In this document: in pieces, positions 1 to 9,809 of the stretch
Numbering within the stretch: position 1 is the stretch's first letter
Layout of the letters: each line of letters begins with the position of its first letter
Origin: an uncultured Armatimonadia bacterium
GTDB lineage: Bacteria; Armatimonadota; Zipacnadia; CAVVLO01
Length of the DNA stretch: 64,000 bases
Direction of reading: 5' to 3'
NCBI GenBank assembly: GCA_963749155.1
Contig: CAVVLO010000005.1
Span: 416,001-480,000 of the forward strand
Notes under the pieces: generated by a model
Told to the model about the DNA's origin: nothing
Databases searched by the model: none
What the model saw: the letters and a program-made list of their open reading frames with translations, nothing else
Program-made: the position numbers and the translations under genes

Positions 1-812
1 GCGGTCATATGGTACGCGTCGCCTGAGGCTCCAAAGCCTACCAGTTCGGCCAGGATCTCGGCCCCGCGCGCCTTGGCATGCTCAAGCTCCTCAAGCACCA
101 GGATGCCTGCGCCCTCGCCAATTATGAAGCCATCGCGCTCCGCATCGAAGGGGCGGGAGGCTTTCTCAGGCGCGTCATTACGAGTGGAAAGAGCCTTCAG
201 GCTGTCGAAACCAGCAACGCAAAGCTGCGAGACAGCCGCTTCAGCGCCTCCGACAATCATCACGTCGGTCTCTCCGCGTTCGATATGAGCCGCGGCAGCG
301 ATCAGGGTGGACGAACCGCTGGCACAGGCCGAGACGGTCGAATAGTTGGGCCCTTCAAGCCCCCAGCGCATCGCAATCATCCCTGGAGCCATATCTATAA
401 TCATCATCGGGATGAAGAAAGGACTGACGCGCCGCGGGCCTTTCTCGAGCAGAATGGCATGCTGGTCTTCCCAGGTGTAGGTGCCGCCAACGCCCGAGCC
501 GACGATGACCCCTGTACGGTCAGGCGACAATTTGGAGAAGTCCAGGCCACTCTGGTCGACAGCCTGCTGAGCAGCGGCGATGGCATACTGGACGAACATA
601 TCCAGCCTGCGCGCCTCGCGCTTGTCCATATAAAGCTCGATATCGAAGTCTTTAACTTCGGCGGCAATGCGCACGTCATAGCTGCTGGCGTCAAACCGGG
701 TTATCGGCCCGACCCCATTTTTGCCAGCCAGCAGTCCTTCCCAGGTGGATTGAACATCCAGGCCAATCGAAGTTACGGCGCCCAGGCCGGTTATGACTAG
801 TCGGCGGTCCAT
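1..812 (-). CDS. fabF: Beta-ketoacyl-ACP synthase II (3' end runs off the window start)
   Basis: Manual reverse-strand translation: starts MDRRLVITGLGA (ATG at 812, AGGAG upstream) and includes DGFIIGEGAGILVLEELEHAKARGA...GDAYHMTA; lies directly after acpP. Absent from the ORF track because no stop falls in the window. Confidence 0.95.
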   Translation of the reverse strand, partial: MDRRLVITGLGAVTSIGLDVQSTWEGLLAGKNGVGPITRFDASSYDVRIAAEVKDFDIELYMDKREARRLDMFVQYAIAAAQQAVDQSGLDFSKLSPDRTGVIVGSGVGGTYTWEDQHAILLEKGPRRVSPFFIPMMIIDMAPGMIAMRWGLEGPNYSTVSACASGSSTLIAAAAHIERGETDVMIVGGAEAAVSQLCVAGFDSLKALSTRNDAPEKASRPFDAERDGFIIGEGAGILVLEELEHAKARGAEILAELVGFGASGDAYHMT

Positions 813-880
813 CCGGGCAACACTCCTATTTGATGACCAAACTAGGCTAATACTAGCTGTATAGCCCTGGTCTTTTACGC

Positions 881-930
881 AAAAGGCCGGAGGAGCCAGG
901 CAGCTACCAGGCTGCACAGCCCCCCCGGCT
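881..930 (-). terminator. Long GC-rich hairpin with U-tract downstream of acpP (probable intrinsic terminator or stabiliser)
   Basis: On the minus strand GCCGGGGGGGC pairs with GCTCCTCCGGC, with an inner GCAGC/GCTGC stem, followed by CTTTT. Confidence 0.6.
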
Positions 931-948
931 CAGGCTGGGAAAAGAGTC

Positions 949-1188
949 CTAACCCTCTTTTAGCTTCTTCTCGATGTAATCTACCGAGTCCTGGATGGTC
1001 TGGAGCGTCTCGGCGTCCTCATCAGGAATCTCGAGGTCAAACTCTTCCTCGAACTTCATAATGAGTTCGACGACGTCCAGCGAATCCGCGCCCAGGTCAT
1101 CCACGAACTTGGCATCCGGGGTCACTTCTTCCTCGGTGACGCCCAGCTCGCTTACAACGATGTCCCTTACTTTGTCAAAGATAGCCAC
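949..1188 (-). CDS. acpP: Acyl carrier protein
   Basis: 79 aa, acidic, [12 protein letters not shown] phosphopantetheine motif. Confidence 0.98.
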   Translation of the reverse strand: MAIFDKVRDIVVSELGVTEEEVTPDAKFVDDLGADSLDVVELIMKFEEEFDLEIPDEDAETLQTIQDSVDYIEKKLKEG

Positions 1189-1228
1189 TCGTGTTCCACT
1201 CCCCTTCCTAGCGTTGTTGTCTAGTTAG

Positions 1229-1972
1229 CTACATCAGTAACCCACCGTCGATGCAGAGCACCTGACCGGTGAGGTAACTGGCTTCATCAGAAGCCAGGAA
1301 AGCCACTACCTGGGCGACATCCTCGGGTGTGCCAGCGCGCCCCAGGGGGATGTTGTCCAAAAACTTGCGCCGCGCTTCTTCGGGCAATTTGTCCGTCATT
1401 GCGGTCTGGATAAAGCCAGGCGCCACGGCGTTCACGCGGATGCCCTTACCGCCGAGTTCTTTGGCGGTGGTCTTGGTTAGCGCGATGACCCCGCCCTTCG
1501 AGGCCGAGTAATTGGCCTGCCCGGTATTCCCCATAAGGCCCACTACCGAGGCCAGATTGATGATAGCCCCGCCGCGCTGTTTGATCATCGTGCGAACCAC
1601 GGCCTTGGTGCAATAGAAGACACCGCCCAGATTCACGTTGATGACGGCTTCCCATTCCTCGGGCTTCATCCGCATTATAAGGTTGTCTTTGGTGATACCG
1701 GCGTTGTTGACCAGGATATCAAGCCGGCCGAAAACCTCAAGGGCGCGCGCAACCAGCGCCTCGCAAGATTCAGGATTTGCCACATCGCAGCCTACCCCGA
1801 TAGCGCGGCGGCCAGTTGCCTCCATCTCGGCGACGGCGTCACTGCACCAGTCTTCCTGGAGATCGGAGATAACGAGGTCGGCGCCCCCTTTGGCAAGCTC
1901 CAGCGCAATGGCTTTGCCAATTCCGCGAGCTGAACCTGTAACCAGGGCGACTTTACCTGAAAGGTCTGGCAT
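1229..1972 (-). CDS. fabG: 3-oxoacyl-ACP reductase
   Basis: TGSARGIG, NNAGITKD and YSASK motifs; likely start MPDLSGK at 1972, overlapping the fabD stop (ORF track extends to 2140). Confidence 0.96.
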   Translation of the reverse strand: MPDLSGKVALVTGSARGIGKAIALELAKGGADLVISDLQEDWCSDAVAEMEATGRRAIGVGCDVANPESCEALVARALEVFGRLDILVNNAGITKDNLIMRMKPEEWEAVINVNLGGVFYCTKAVVRTMIKQRGGAIINLASVVGLMGNTGQANYSASKGGVIALTKTTAKELGGKGIRVNAVAPGFIQTAMTDKLPEEARRKFLDNIPLGRAGTPEDVAQVVAFLASDEASYLTGQVLCIDGGLLM

Positions 1973-2910
1973 TATAGGCTCCCCCCACCAAGCGCCTCCA
2001 GCGAGCCAGTGTCCCAAACGCTGAGGGTATTGGCTTCGCTGTTGATGCGCTTTATCATCCCGCCAAGCAGATCTTTCGCGCCAAGCTCTACAAACTGGTG
2101 AACCCCCCGGTCCACCATAAGCTGCACCGATTTTACCCATTCGACGCCGTTTGTCAATTGGGCAACCAATTCGAGGCCCACCTCCTCCGGCGAAACCACA
2201 GGTTGGCCAGTCACATTGGCTACGACAGGCCAGCGAGCGGGCGAAAGACTTACGCCCTCAAGAAGCTGCTCCATCCTGGCCGCGACAGGGGCCATATAAG
2301 CGGAATGGAACGGCCCGCTTACAGCCAGCGGAAGGACGCGCTTGGCGCCAGCGGCTTTGAGCAATTCCGCAGCGCGGTCAAGAGCGGCTTCAGCGCCCGA
2401 GATAACCACCTGGCCGGGCGCGTTGATATTGGCAGGTGAGCAATACTCCCCCTCGGTACTCGCTGCTCTGCACAGAGGCGCGATCTGATCGGCGTCCAGC
2501 CCGATGACCGCGCGCATCCCTCCCGGCACCGAGGCGCTTCCCATCAGCAGGCCGCGCTCGCGGGTCAGCTTTACGCCAGTTGCGAAGTCGATAACTCCTG
2601 CCGCAAAGAGGGCAGTGTATTCGCCAAGTGAATGGCCTGCGCAAAAAGCAACCTCGGAGGCAAGCTCTGGATAGCGCGCGGCGCACTCCTCGAAAAGCGC
2701 CCCGCACAGAGTGAAGAGCACCGGCTGAGCTTGCGCCGTGGCGTTTAATTCCGCCTCTGGGCCTTCGGCGACAAGTTTGGCCAGGTCCAGTTCGACCAGG
2801 TCGGAGGCCTCGGCCAGCCGCTCGCGCATAAGCGCCGAGGCAGCCAGCAACTCCGCCATCATCCCGACTTTCTGGGCGCCCTGGCCTGGGAAAACTAACG
2901 CTACGCTCAT
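1972..2910 (-). CDS. fabD: Malonyl-CoA:ACP transacylase
   Basis: FPGQGAQ, GHSLGEY and VSGPFHS motifs; start MSVALV at 2910 overlaps the fabH stop. Confidence 0.96.
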   Translation of the reverse strand: MSVALVFPGQGAQKVGMMAELLAASALMRERLAEASDLVELDLAKLVAEGPEAELNATAQAQPVLFTLCGALFEECAARYPELASEVAFCAGHSLGEYTALFAAGVIDFATGVKLTRERGLLMGSASVPGGMRAVIGLDADQIAPLCRAASTEGEYCSPANINAPGQVVISGAEAALDRAAELLKAAGAKRVLPLAVSGPFHSAYMAPVAARMEQLLEGVSLSPARWPVVANVTGQPVVSPEEVGLELVAQLTNGVEWVKSVQLMVDRGVHQFVELGAKDLLGGMIKRINSEANTLSVWDTGSLEALGGGSL

Positions 2911-3953
2911 ACCAGTTGCTCCGCCATATAATCCTTCATGCTGCCTTTGGCTGTACCCCAGACAAGTGAACAAGCGGCATAGGTCAGTCCGCCTCCGAAG
3001 GCCGACATCACGAGCTTGTCGCCCTCTTTGACCAGTCCACGCGCGAGCGCCTCATCGAGGGCCAGCGGTACGGAGGCACTCGAGGTGTTGCCGAACCGCT
3101 CGAGGTTCATAAAAGCTTTCTCCATCGGCAACTCCAGGCGCTTCATCGCGGCGTCCACGATGCGCTTGTTGGCCTGATGGGGGATTATGAGATCAACGTC
3201 CGCAGGCTGCCAGCCAGCTCCTTCGATAACCTGGAGCGAAGATTCGCCCATTACGGTGACGGCGAACTTGAAGACCTCACGGCCATTCATATGCACGAAA
3301 TGTTTATGCTCGGCCAGGGTCTCGGGGGTGAGGGGCGTCCTGGAGCCGCCATAAGGGATGATAAGTTCTTCAGCACCCGAGCCTCGCGAGCCCAGCACGA
3401 AAGACTGCAGTCCCTCTTCGCCCTCCGCGGGGGTAAGCACAGCGGCGCCCGCGCCATCGCCGAACAGCACGCAGGTGGAGCGGTCTTCCCAGTCTGTGAC
3501 ACTGGAGAGCACCTCGACGCTGGACACAAGCACGTTGCGATAGGACCCAGCCTGGATGAACTGGGAGGCAGTCACCAGTCCATAGACAAATCCCGCGCAG
3601 GCCGCCGACAAGTCGAAGGCGCCCGCTTTTGTGGCGCCAAGTCGGTCCTCAAGCAGGTTGGAAACCGCCGGCAGTCTATAATCGCCAGTGAAGGTGCAGG
3701 CGATGATAAGATCGAGTTGGTCAGCAGTCATCCCGGCATCCGCCAGGGCGCGCTTGCAAGCCAGCTCGGCCAGGCTCGAGGCGGTCTCATCGCCCGAGAC
3801 CAGGCGGCGTTCCTTGATGCCGGTGCGAGATGTTATCCACTCGTCAGTGGTATCGACGAGTTGCTCCAGATCGACATTGGTAACGACCCTCTCGGGTATG
3901 GCGGTCCCTAATCCCTTTATGGCAGCGCGTGGTCGTGCGTCCAAAACTATCAC
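2907..3953 (-). CDS. fabH: Beta-ketoacyl-ACP synthase III
   Basis: AACAGF, LFGDGAGA, PHQAN and GNTSSAS motifs. Confidence 0.97.
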   Translation of the reverse strand: MIVLDARPRAAIKGLGTAIPERVVTNVDLEQLVDTTDEWITSRTGIKERRLVSGDETASSLAELACKRALADAGMTADQLDLIIACTFTGDYRLPAVSNLLEDRLGATKAGAFDLSAACAGFVYGLVTASQFIQAGSYRNVLVSSVEVLSSVTDWEDRSTCVLFGDGAGAAVLTPAEGEEGLQSFVLGSRGSGAEELIIPYGGSRTPLTPETLAEHKHFVHMNGREVFKFAVTVMGESSLQVIEGAGWQPADVDLIIPHQANKRIVDAAMKRLELPMEKAFMNLERFGNTSSASVPLALDEALARGLVKEGDKLVMSAFGGGLTYAACSLVWGTAKGSMKDYMAEQLV

Positions 3954-4990
3954 CCTTGAGTCGGCGCTTCGTCTTCCTGCATCAAGCCTTTGTCCAGTCC
4001 AGCGACTTCTCTGGGGACCGATTCCCGAATGAAATCGACTACTCCGAACCGGATGCTATCTACTGTGACACGCAAGGCCTGATGCACTGCCGTGTCCGAG
4101 GACTTGCCATGACCAATTACATAAGTGCCGTTTATACCGAGGAGTAAAGCGCCCCCGTGCGCGCTGTAATCGAGGTCGCGCGCCAGTCGCTTCATTGCGG
4201 ACCGCTTGATGATAAGCCCTGCCAGCCTGTCCAGCGGGCGCGCCCTGAGTTCGCGCGCGAGCAGCTTGAAGGCGAACTTCACGCTGCTTTCGGCGACTTT
4301 GAGCGCCACGTTCCCCACGAACCCATCGCACAGGATGACTTCGCATTCCCCCGCAAACAGCCTGTCTCCCTCGGTGTTGCCAAGGAAATTAAGGTCCGTC
4401 TGCCGTATCAGCTCATGAGCTTCTTTTACGACCTTGGAGCCTTTCGCGTCTTCCTCACCGACGTTCAGGATGGCGATACGGGGCGAGTCCACCTTGAGCC
4501 TGGCTTTCGCATAGACAGAGCCCATCAAGGCCATCTCGACGAAATGACGCGGCTTGCAATCTACCGTCGCGCCGCCATCCATCAGCACAACTTCGCCTTC
4601 GGTGGTGGGCATTATGACGGCGATATAGGCACGATCGATTCCGGGCAGCTTGCCAACTACCGTTAGCGCGACTGCTACCGCGGCGCCGGTATTGCCCGCG
4701 GTAAAGAAAGCGTCGACCGCGTGCTCCTTCAGGAGCCTGGCGCCAACCACCAGGGACGAGTCCTGCTTGCGCAGGGCTCTGGTGGCTTTTTCACCCATTG
4801 CGACCTGCTCGGAGGTGTTGTGGATGGTTACCCCTTCAGGCAGTTTCCCGCCAGGTAACTGAGCGCGGATTGCCTGCTCGCTACCTACCAGGACGAACTC
4901 GGCGCCCAGATCGCGGGCAGCTAGCAGCGTGCCCCGGACTATTTCTCCCGGGGCGAAGTCGCCACCCATAGCATCAACTGCAACGCGCAT
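3950..4990 (-). CDS. plsX: Phosphate acyltransferase PlsX
   Basis: MRVAVDAMGGD, AGNTGA, CDGFVGNVALK and GHGKS motifs. Confidence 0.96.
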   Translation of the reverse strand: MRVAVDAMGGDFAPGEIVRGTLLAARDLGAEFVLVGSEQAIRAQLPGGKLPEGVTIHNTSEQVAMGEKATRALRKQDSSLVVGARLLKEHAVDAFFTAGNTGAAVAVALTVVGKLPGIDRAYIAVIMPTTEGEVVLMDGGATVDCKPRHFVEMALMGSVYAKARLKVDSPRIAILNVGEEDAKGSKVVKEAHELIRQTDLNFLGNTEGDRLFAGECEVILCDGFVGNVALKVAESSVKFAFKLLARELRARPLDRLAGLIIKRSAMKRLARDLDYSAHGGALLLGINGTYVIGHGKSSDTAVHQALRVTVDSIRFGVVDFIRESVPREVAGLDKGLMQEDEAPTQG

Positions 4991-5017
4991 CTACCAGCTC
5001 CACCGAAGCGAGAAGGT

Positions 5018-5230
5018 TTAGGCGTTTTCCATGCGTTCACGGCGTTCGGTATTGATTTCGATTACCTCGCGCCCCTGATAATAACCACAGCGCGGGCAAG
5101 CGGTATGAGGCTGAATTAGCGCTTCGCAGCTGGCGTTGGGGCATTCGATAAGGGTAGGAGTGGCAACATGCTTGTTGGCCATCCGCGAATGCTGGCGTGA
5201 ATGAGACCTCTTCCTCTTTGGAACTCCCAT
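5018..5230 (-). CDS. rpmF: 50S ribosomal protein L32 (Zn-ribbon type)
   Basis: MGVPKRKRS start; CPNASC...HTACPRCGYY zinc motif; lies between yceD and plsX. Confidence 0.95.
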   Translation of the reverse strand: MGVPKRKRSHSRQHSRMANKHVATPTLIECPNASCEALIQPHTACPRCGYYQGREVIEINTERRERMENA

Positions 5231-5274
5231 TGCTTGGTTCTCCTCCGATGAGCAAGGCAGCGGACCTGCCTGTT

Positions 5275-5826
5275 TCAGTTCTGCTTCGACTCGTCGTCTA
5301 GCAGGTCGCGCAGCACCGCAAAAGGCGACTCGGACTGTAAAGGACTACAGCCGCAGTCTCCTTCGTTAAGGTTGGCGCCGCACTGGCCACAAAGTCCCTT
5401 GCACTCTGACGAGCACGCAGGGTAAGGCGGCACAGATAATAGCACATACTCGGTAATAATGTCAGTCAGGTCAACGTGCTGCCTGATGAAGAGAGGCAAT
5501 TCCTCTTCCAGTTCGGTCCAGTAGCTTTCATCCGGACGCTCGTACTTGCCCTCCTCATAATGGGTAGGAGGGCATTCTTCCTGCACAGTCACCCGCTGAC
5601 TAAGGCGGAAGGGCTGCAGGCATTTGGTGCAGGCGCATTCCAGTGTAAAGGCTAACTCGCCCTGCACATGAACAAGCTGGCCTGCCCGATTGAGCCTGAG
5701 GTCGCCTTCTACCAGCGAAACAAGCCGGCAGTCCGAATCCTCCGGCAGCCGGATCTTGTCTTCAACGTGAACCTCAATCGTGCCCCCAGTGGCCTCTAAA
5801 GCCCTGGGGATGGGGAAACGCAGCAT
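5275..5826 (-). CDS. yceD: YceD/DUF177 family protein
   Basis: CTKCL motif and C-terminal CSSECKGLCGQCGANLNEGDCGC; upstream of rpmF. Confidence 0.9.
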   Translation of the reverse strand: MLRFPIPRALEATGGTIEVHVEDKIRLPEDSDCRLVSLVEGDLRLNRAGQLVHVQGELAFTLECACTKCLQPFRLSQRVTVQEECPPTHYEEGKYERPDESYWTELEEELPLFIRQHVDLTDIITEYVLLSVPPYPACSSECKGLCGQCGANLNEGDCGCSPLQSESPFAVLRDLLDDESKQN

Positions 5827-5863
5827 TTGGTTTCACCACCAGTCCTGGCGCGGCAATCTCCTT

Positions 5864-7108
5864 TCAGGAAACCACCTGGGCCGACGGGGCGGCCTTCTCG
5901 ATCAAGCCCTGCGTGTCGAGGGCGATCATTAGTTCTTCGTTGGTAGGGATGGCAAGGATCCGCGCGCGCGTCCCGGCTTTCGAGACAATCCGCTGCCCGC
6001 GCTCCTCGTTGAGGGCTGGGTCTATCTCGAGCCCCAGATATTCGAGTCCCTCGCAGATACGCGCCCTGATATAACCGGAGTTCTCCCCGATGCCACCTGT
6101 AAAGACGACCGCATCGAGCCCTCCCAGCGCTGCGACATAGGAACCGATATACTTGCGCACTCGGTAGCAGAACATATCCAGAGCCAGTTCGCAGCGCTCA
6201 TTGCCCTCGGCGGCCAGGTCCAGGATATCTCGCATATCGGTATAACCGCCGGTCAGAGCCAGCAGTCCGCTTTTCTTGTTCATTACCGTGTCGAATTCGG
6301 CGGGGGACATACCCGTCTTCTGCATTATGAAGGGCGGGATGGCCGGATCGATATCGCCGCACCGAGTACCCATTATCAGGCCTTCGACAGGCGTCGTGCC
6401 CATCGAGGTGTCGATGCTGACCCCGCCTTTGACGGCGGCGACGCTGCCTCCGTTGCCCAGATGCACGGTGATGAGCTTCGATTCGTGGGCAGGTACGCCC
6501 AGCTCTTCAAGCAGCTCCATCGCCTGCATCGCAACATACCGATGCGAGGTGCCATGGAAACCATACCGCCTGATGCCATACTTCTCGTAATACTCATCCG
6601 GCAGTGCATAGCGCCAGGCGCGTTCGGGCATCCTGGCGTGGAAAGCAGTGTCGAAGATGGCGCTCTGCGGGACGCCAGGCAGCAATTCCATTGCCGCGCG
6701 GATACCCTGCAGGTTGGCCGGGTTGTGCAAAGGACTAAGTGAGAAATAGGATTCGATGACCTGGATTAGCGCCTCGTCCACCAGCACTGGATCGGCGACC
6801 TTCTCGCCGCCATGAACGACCCGGTGGCCTACAGCTCCTATCTCGCAGATGTCATCGAGTACGCCGACTTCGGGATCAACGAGCATCTCGAAAATGCGCG
6901 CTATGGCGTCTTTATGGGTTGCGCCATCTACTTTCTTCTCGACCTTCGCCCCGCCGGCTGGCTTGTAGTCCAAATCCTGCTCGCCATGGGCCGCAACAGC
7001 CACTCGCTCGACCTTGCCTTCAGCCAGAGGATCGGCTGCCGCGCCATTCAATTTGAAAAGCTTGTATTTCACGGACGAACTGCCACAATTTAGAACGAGG
7101 ATCTTCAT
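5864..7108 (-). CDS. ackA: Acetate kinase
   Basis: MKILVLNCGSSSVKY, GHRVVHGG, YGFHGTSH and FTGGIGEN motifs; start placed at 7108. Confidence 0.97.
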   Translation of the reverse strand: MKILVLNCGSSSVKYKLFKLNGAAADPLAEGKVERVAVAAHGEQDLDYKPAGGAKVEKKVDGATHKDAIARIFEMLVDPEVGVLDDICEIGAVGHRVVHGGEKVADPVLVDEALIQVIESYFSLSPLHNPANLQGIRAAMELLPGVPQSAIFDTAFHARMPERAWRYALPDEYYEKYGIRRYGFHGTSHRYVAMQAMELLEELGVPAHESKLITVHLGNGGSVAAVKGGVSIDTSMGTTPVEGLIMGTRCGDIDPAIPPFIMQKTGMSPAEFDTVMNKKSGLLALTGGYTDMRDILDLAAEGNERCELALDMFCYRVRKYIGSYVAALGGLDAVVFTGGIGENSGYIRARICEGLEYLGLEIDPALNEERGQRIVSKAGTRARILAIPTNEELMIALDTQGLIEKAAPSAQVVS

Positions 7109-7142
7109 CTGTAATTGCACCTTTTTCTGTCTGATGGAGCGG

Positions 7143-8144
7143 CTAGTTGGCAGTCGCCTGGGCGACGGTGATAGCCACGGCATTCACGATATCTTCGACA
7201 CTGCAACCGCGCGAGAGGTCATTCACCGGCCGGGCGATGCCCTGCAGGATTGGTCCAGTCGCGTCGGCCCTGGCTAGCCGCTGGACCAGCTTGTAAGCGA
7301 TATTGCCAGAGCTAAGTTCAGGGAATATGAGGACGTTCGCTTTGCCAGCGACAGGGCTGCCAGGGGCTTTTGATTCGCCAACCCAGGGCACGATAGCCGC
7401 GTCTACCTGCAATTCGCCATCGAGCAGAAGCCCAGGTTCGCGCTCTTTGGCGATGCGAGTGGCTTCTACAACTTTTTCTGTCAGTACTGAATTGGCGCTG
7501 CCCTTGGTCGAATAGGAGAGCATGGCGACATAAGGCTCGATACCCAGTAAAGTCTTGCAGGTCTTGGCCGTCGTTATGGCTATCTCGGCCAGCTCTTCGG
7601 CGCTCGGATTCTCGACCAGACCGCTGTCCGCAAAGAAGAAAGTCCCGTTGTTGCCGTATTCGCAGTCAGGCACTTCCATAAGGAAGAAAGCCGAAACCAG
7701 CTTGCAGCCAGGCGCGGTGCGGAGGATCTGCAGGGCGGGCCGCACGGTGTCAGCAGTCGAGTGGATAGCGCCCGAGACCTGCCCATTGGCCCGGCCAGCC
7801 TTCACGTGCAGGCAACCAAAATAAAGTTCGTCCTGGGCGATCTCGCGGGCTTGCTCGGGGGTCATGCCTTTGGACTTGCGCAGTTCATAGAGGAGGGCAG
7901 AATACTCGTCGAGGAGGGGAGAAGTTGCTGGGTTGATAATTTCAATGCCATCGAGGGAAACTGCTTCCTGCCTGGCTAGCTCCCCGATTTTGGCCTCGTC
8001 ACCTACCAGCACAATTCGCGCTAGTCGCTCATCCTCGCAGATACGCGCCGCCTTCAGCGTCCGCTCGTCCGACGCTTCAGGCAGCATCACCGTCATTTCG
8101 ACGCTCTGGGCAAGCGCCTTAATCTTGTCGATAGCTTTCTCCAT
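7143..8144 (-). CDS. pta: Phosphate acetyltransferase
   Basis: LPEASDER, MLSYSTKGS, DGELQVDAA, GNIAYKL and NDLSRG motifs; start MEKAID at 8144. Confidence 0.96.
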   Translation of the reverse strand: MEKAIDKIKALAQSVEMTVMLPEASDERTLKAARICEDERLARIVLVGDEAKIGELARQEAVSLDGIEIINPATSPLLDEYSALLYELRKSKGMTPEQAREIAQDELYFGCLHVKAGRANGQVSGAIHSTADTVRPALQILRTAPGCKLVSAFFLMEVPDCEYGNNGTFFFADSGLVENPSAEELAEIAITTAKTCKTLLGIEPYVAMLSYSTKGSANSVLTEKVVEATRIAKEREPGLLLDGELQVDAAIVPWVGESKAPGSPVAGKANVLIFPELSSGNIAYKLVQRLARADATGPILQGIARPVNDLSRGCSVEDIVNAVAITVAQATAN

Positions 8145-8151
8145 GGGAGAC

Positions 8152-8664
8152 CTAGTCCTCCTCTTCGAGGTTATCTTCTTCAGCAGCTTCCTCGGAGGAG
8201 GGTTCAAGCCCCTCGTCTTCCTCGGGTCGGAGCCGCGTCTTGGCTTTTTCAAGGGCATCGGCCACGGCTTCGGCCTTGCGGCTTAGCCGGTCGAACAACT
8301 CATAAGACCATTCCTGGGCGGCGAGCCGGATCTCGGCGGCCTCGTCTCGTGCCTGCTCGAGTATGCGCGAGGCCTCGGCTTCGGCGGCGAGGGTAACTTC
8401 GTGCTCGTCCACAAGCCTGCGTCCTTCGGCCTTGGAACGCGCGATTATGTCATCGGCTTTTTGCTGAGCCTCGGCCAGTACTTCCTCCTGGCGAGTCATA
8501 AGCTCCTGGGCATCGCGCAACTCCAGGGGAAGACTCTGCCGCAGCTTGCGCGTCAGGTCGAAGAAGTCCCCCTCTTTCACCATAAACCGCTTGAACAACG
8601 GCAGATGGGGCGAGCCGTCAACCATTCGCTCTATCGCATCGAGTGCTCTGTATACATCGGACAT
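8152..8664 (-). CDS. Conserved coiled-coil protein (SepIVA/DivIVA-like, typical downstream of coaD)
   Basis: LDAIERMV...LP.ELRDA followed by Ala/Glu-rich heptads; conserved gene position. Confidence 0.7.
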   Translation of the reverse strand: MSDVYRALDAIERMVDGSPHLPLFKRFMVKEGDFFDLTRKLRQSLPLELRDAQELMTRQEEVLAEAQQKADDIIARSKAEGRRLVDEHEVTLAAEAEASRILEQARDEAAEIRLAAQEWSYELFDRLSRKAEAVADALEKAKTRLRPEEDEGLEPSSEEAAEEDNLEEED

Positions 8665-8668
8665 AGTC

Positions 8669-9190
8669 TCACTCCCCCGGTGAAGCTTGGCTTGGCTGGT
8701 ACCTCAAACGGACCGCCGCTTCCACGTTGGCCGGCACAAAGGCAGCAATCGGCCCACCCAGAGCCGCTACTTCCTTCACCAGGCTAGAGCTCAGGAAGGC
8801 GTGTTCTGGGCTGGTCATCATAAATACTGTATCCATATCTGGCGCCAGTTGTCGGTTCATCAGCGCCATCTGAAACTCGTATTCGAAGTCGCTTATCGCG
8901 CGCAGCCCTCTGATTATAACCTTTGCTCCGGCAGTTTTGGCAAATCGGACCAAAAGTCCCGAGAATAATCTCACTTCGACCTGGGGCAAGTTGGCTGTTG
9001 CCTCTTTGATGAAAGCCAGTCGTTCCTCGGCAGTGAACAATTGCTTCTTGGAGGGGGTTTCGACCACCGCCACCAGCACCTTGTCGAATACCTCGCAGGC
9101 CCTTTGCAGGATGTCGAGATGCCCAAAGGTAACCGGATCGAAGGTACCGGCATATACGGCTATACTTGGTTTATGTGCAGCCCCCATCAC
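8669..9190 (-). CDS. coaD: Pantetheine-phosphate adenylyltransferase
   Basis: YAGTFDPVTFGHLD, RGLRAISDFEYE and SSSLVKE motifs. Confidence 0.97.
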   Translation of the reverse strand: MMGAAHKPSIAVYAGTFDPVTFGHLDILQRACEVFDKVLVAVVETPSKKQLFTAEERLAFIKEATANLPQVEVRLFSGLLVRFAKTAGAKVIIRGLRAISDFEYEFQMALMNRQLAPDMDTVFMMTSPEHAFLSSSLVKEVAALGGPIAAFVPANVEAAVRLRYQPSQASPGE

Positions 9191-9753
9191 TGGTCTCCCT
9201 TGGCATAAAAGGCAAAAACTGCCCCTGTAGCGGGCATTGTCCGACGCAGATTAAACTCTCCAAGTGACTCGGGCGCCAGGTTTGCTGCCTCGAGTTGCAG
9301 CACAATCATCCCATCGTCCGCCACCGGCGAATATTTGCTTATTAGTTCGGCGATTAACTCGATAAAGCCTTCCTGATAAGGGGGATCGGCGAACAGCACA
9401 TCGGCCTTTAGCCCTCGCCCTGCCATCTGGCGCGCAGCCACCCTTATATCTTTCAGCCAGCACTCGCCTTGTTCCTGCAAGCCCAGGGCCTTCAAATTGG
9501 CGAGCAAGGTGAAAAAACAACCCTTGTTGGCCTCGACGAACAAGACCTTGGCCGCACCTCTTGAGAGCGCTTCCAATCCTACAGCCCCTGTTCCTGCGCA
9601 CCAGTCCACAAAAAAGGCGTCCGCTACGAAGGCGCCCATCGAGTCGAAAAGCGCCGCCCTGGCCCGCCCGCTGGTCGGCCTGGCCTTCCCGCAGCCTTCG
9701 GCTGAGAGCTGTCTGCCTTTCGATTTTCCAGAGATAATCCGCATTGGCCTCAA
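9187..9753 (-). CDS. rsmD: 16S rRNA m2G966 methyltransferase
   Basis: MRIISG..KG, RPT, AGTGAVGLEALSRGA and DPPY motifs; start may be the ATG at 9744. Confidence 0.92.
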   Translation of the reverse strand: MRPMRIISGKSKGRQLSAEGCGKARPTSGRARAALFDSMGAFVADAFFVDWCAGTGAVGLEALSRGAAKVLFVEANKGCFFTLLANLKALGLQEQGECWLKDIRVAARQMAGRGLKADVLFADPPYQEGFIELIAELISKYSPVADDGMIVLQLEAANLAPESLGEFNLRRTMPATGAVFAFYAKGDQ

Positions 9754-9785
9754 ACTAGTGGGGGTGGGGGGGTAATACCCCCGCG
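9753..9785 (+). repeat. G-rich hairpin repeat (family D), copy 1
   Basis: AACTAGTGGGGGTGGGGGGGTAATACCCCCGCG aligns without gaps to the reverse complement of 12682-12714. Confidence 0.6.
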
Positions 9786-9809
9786 TTTTTCCGCCCTTAT
9801 TATTACCTT

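Noticed and set aside
1..4990. Secondary-metabolite (type II PKS) cluster
   Set aside because: Gene set and order match the primary fatty-acid synthesis operon; no chain-length factor or tailoring genes.
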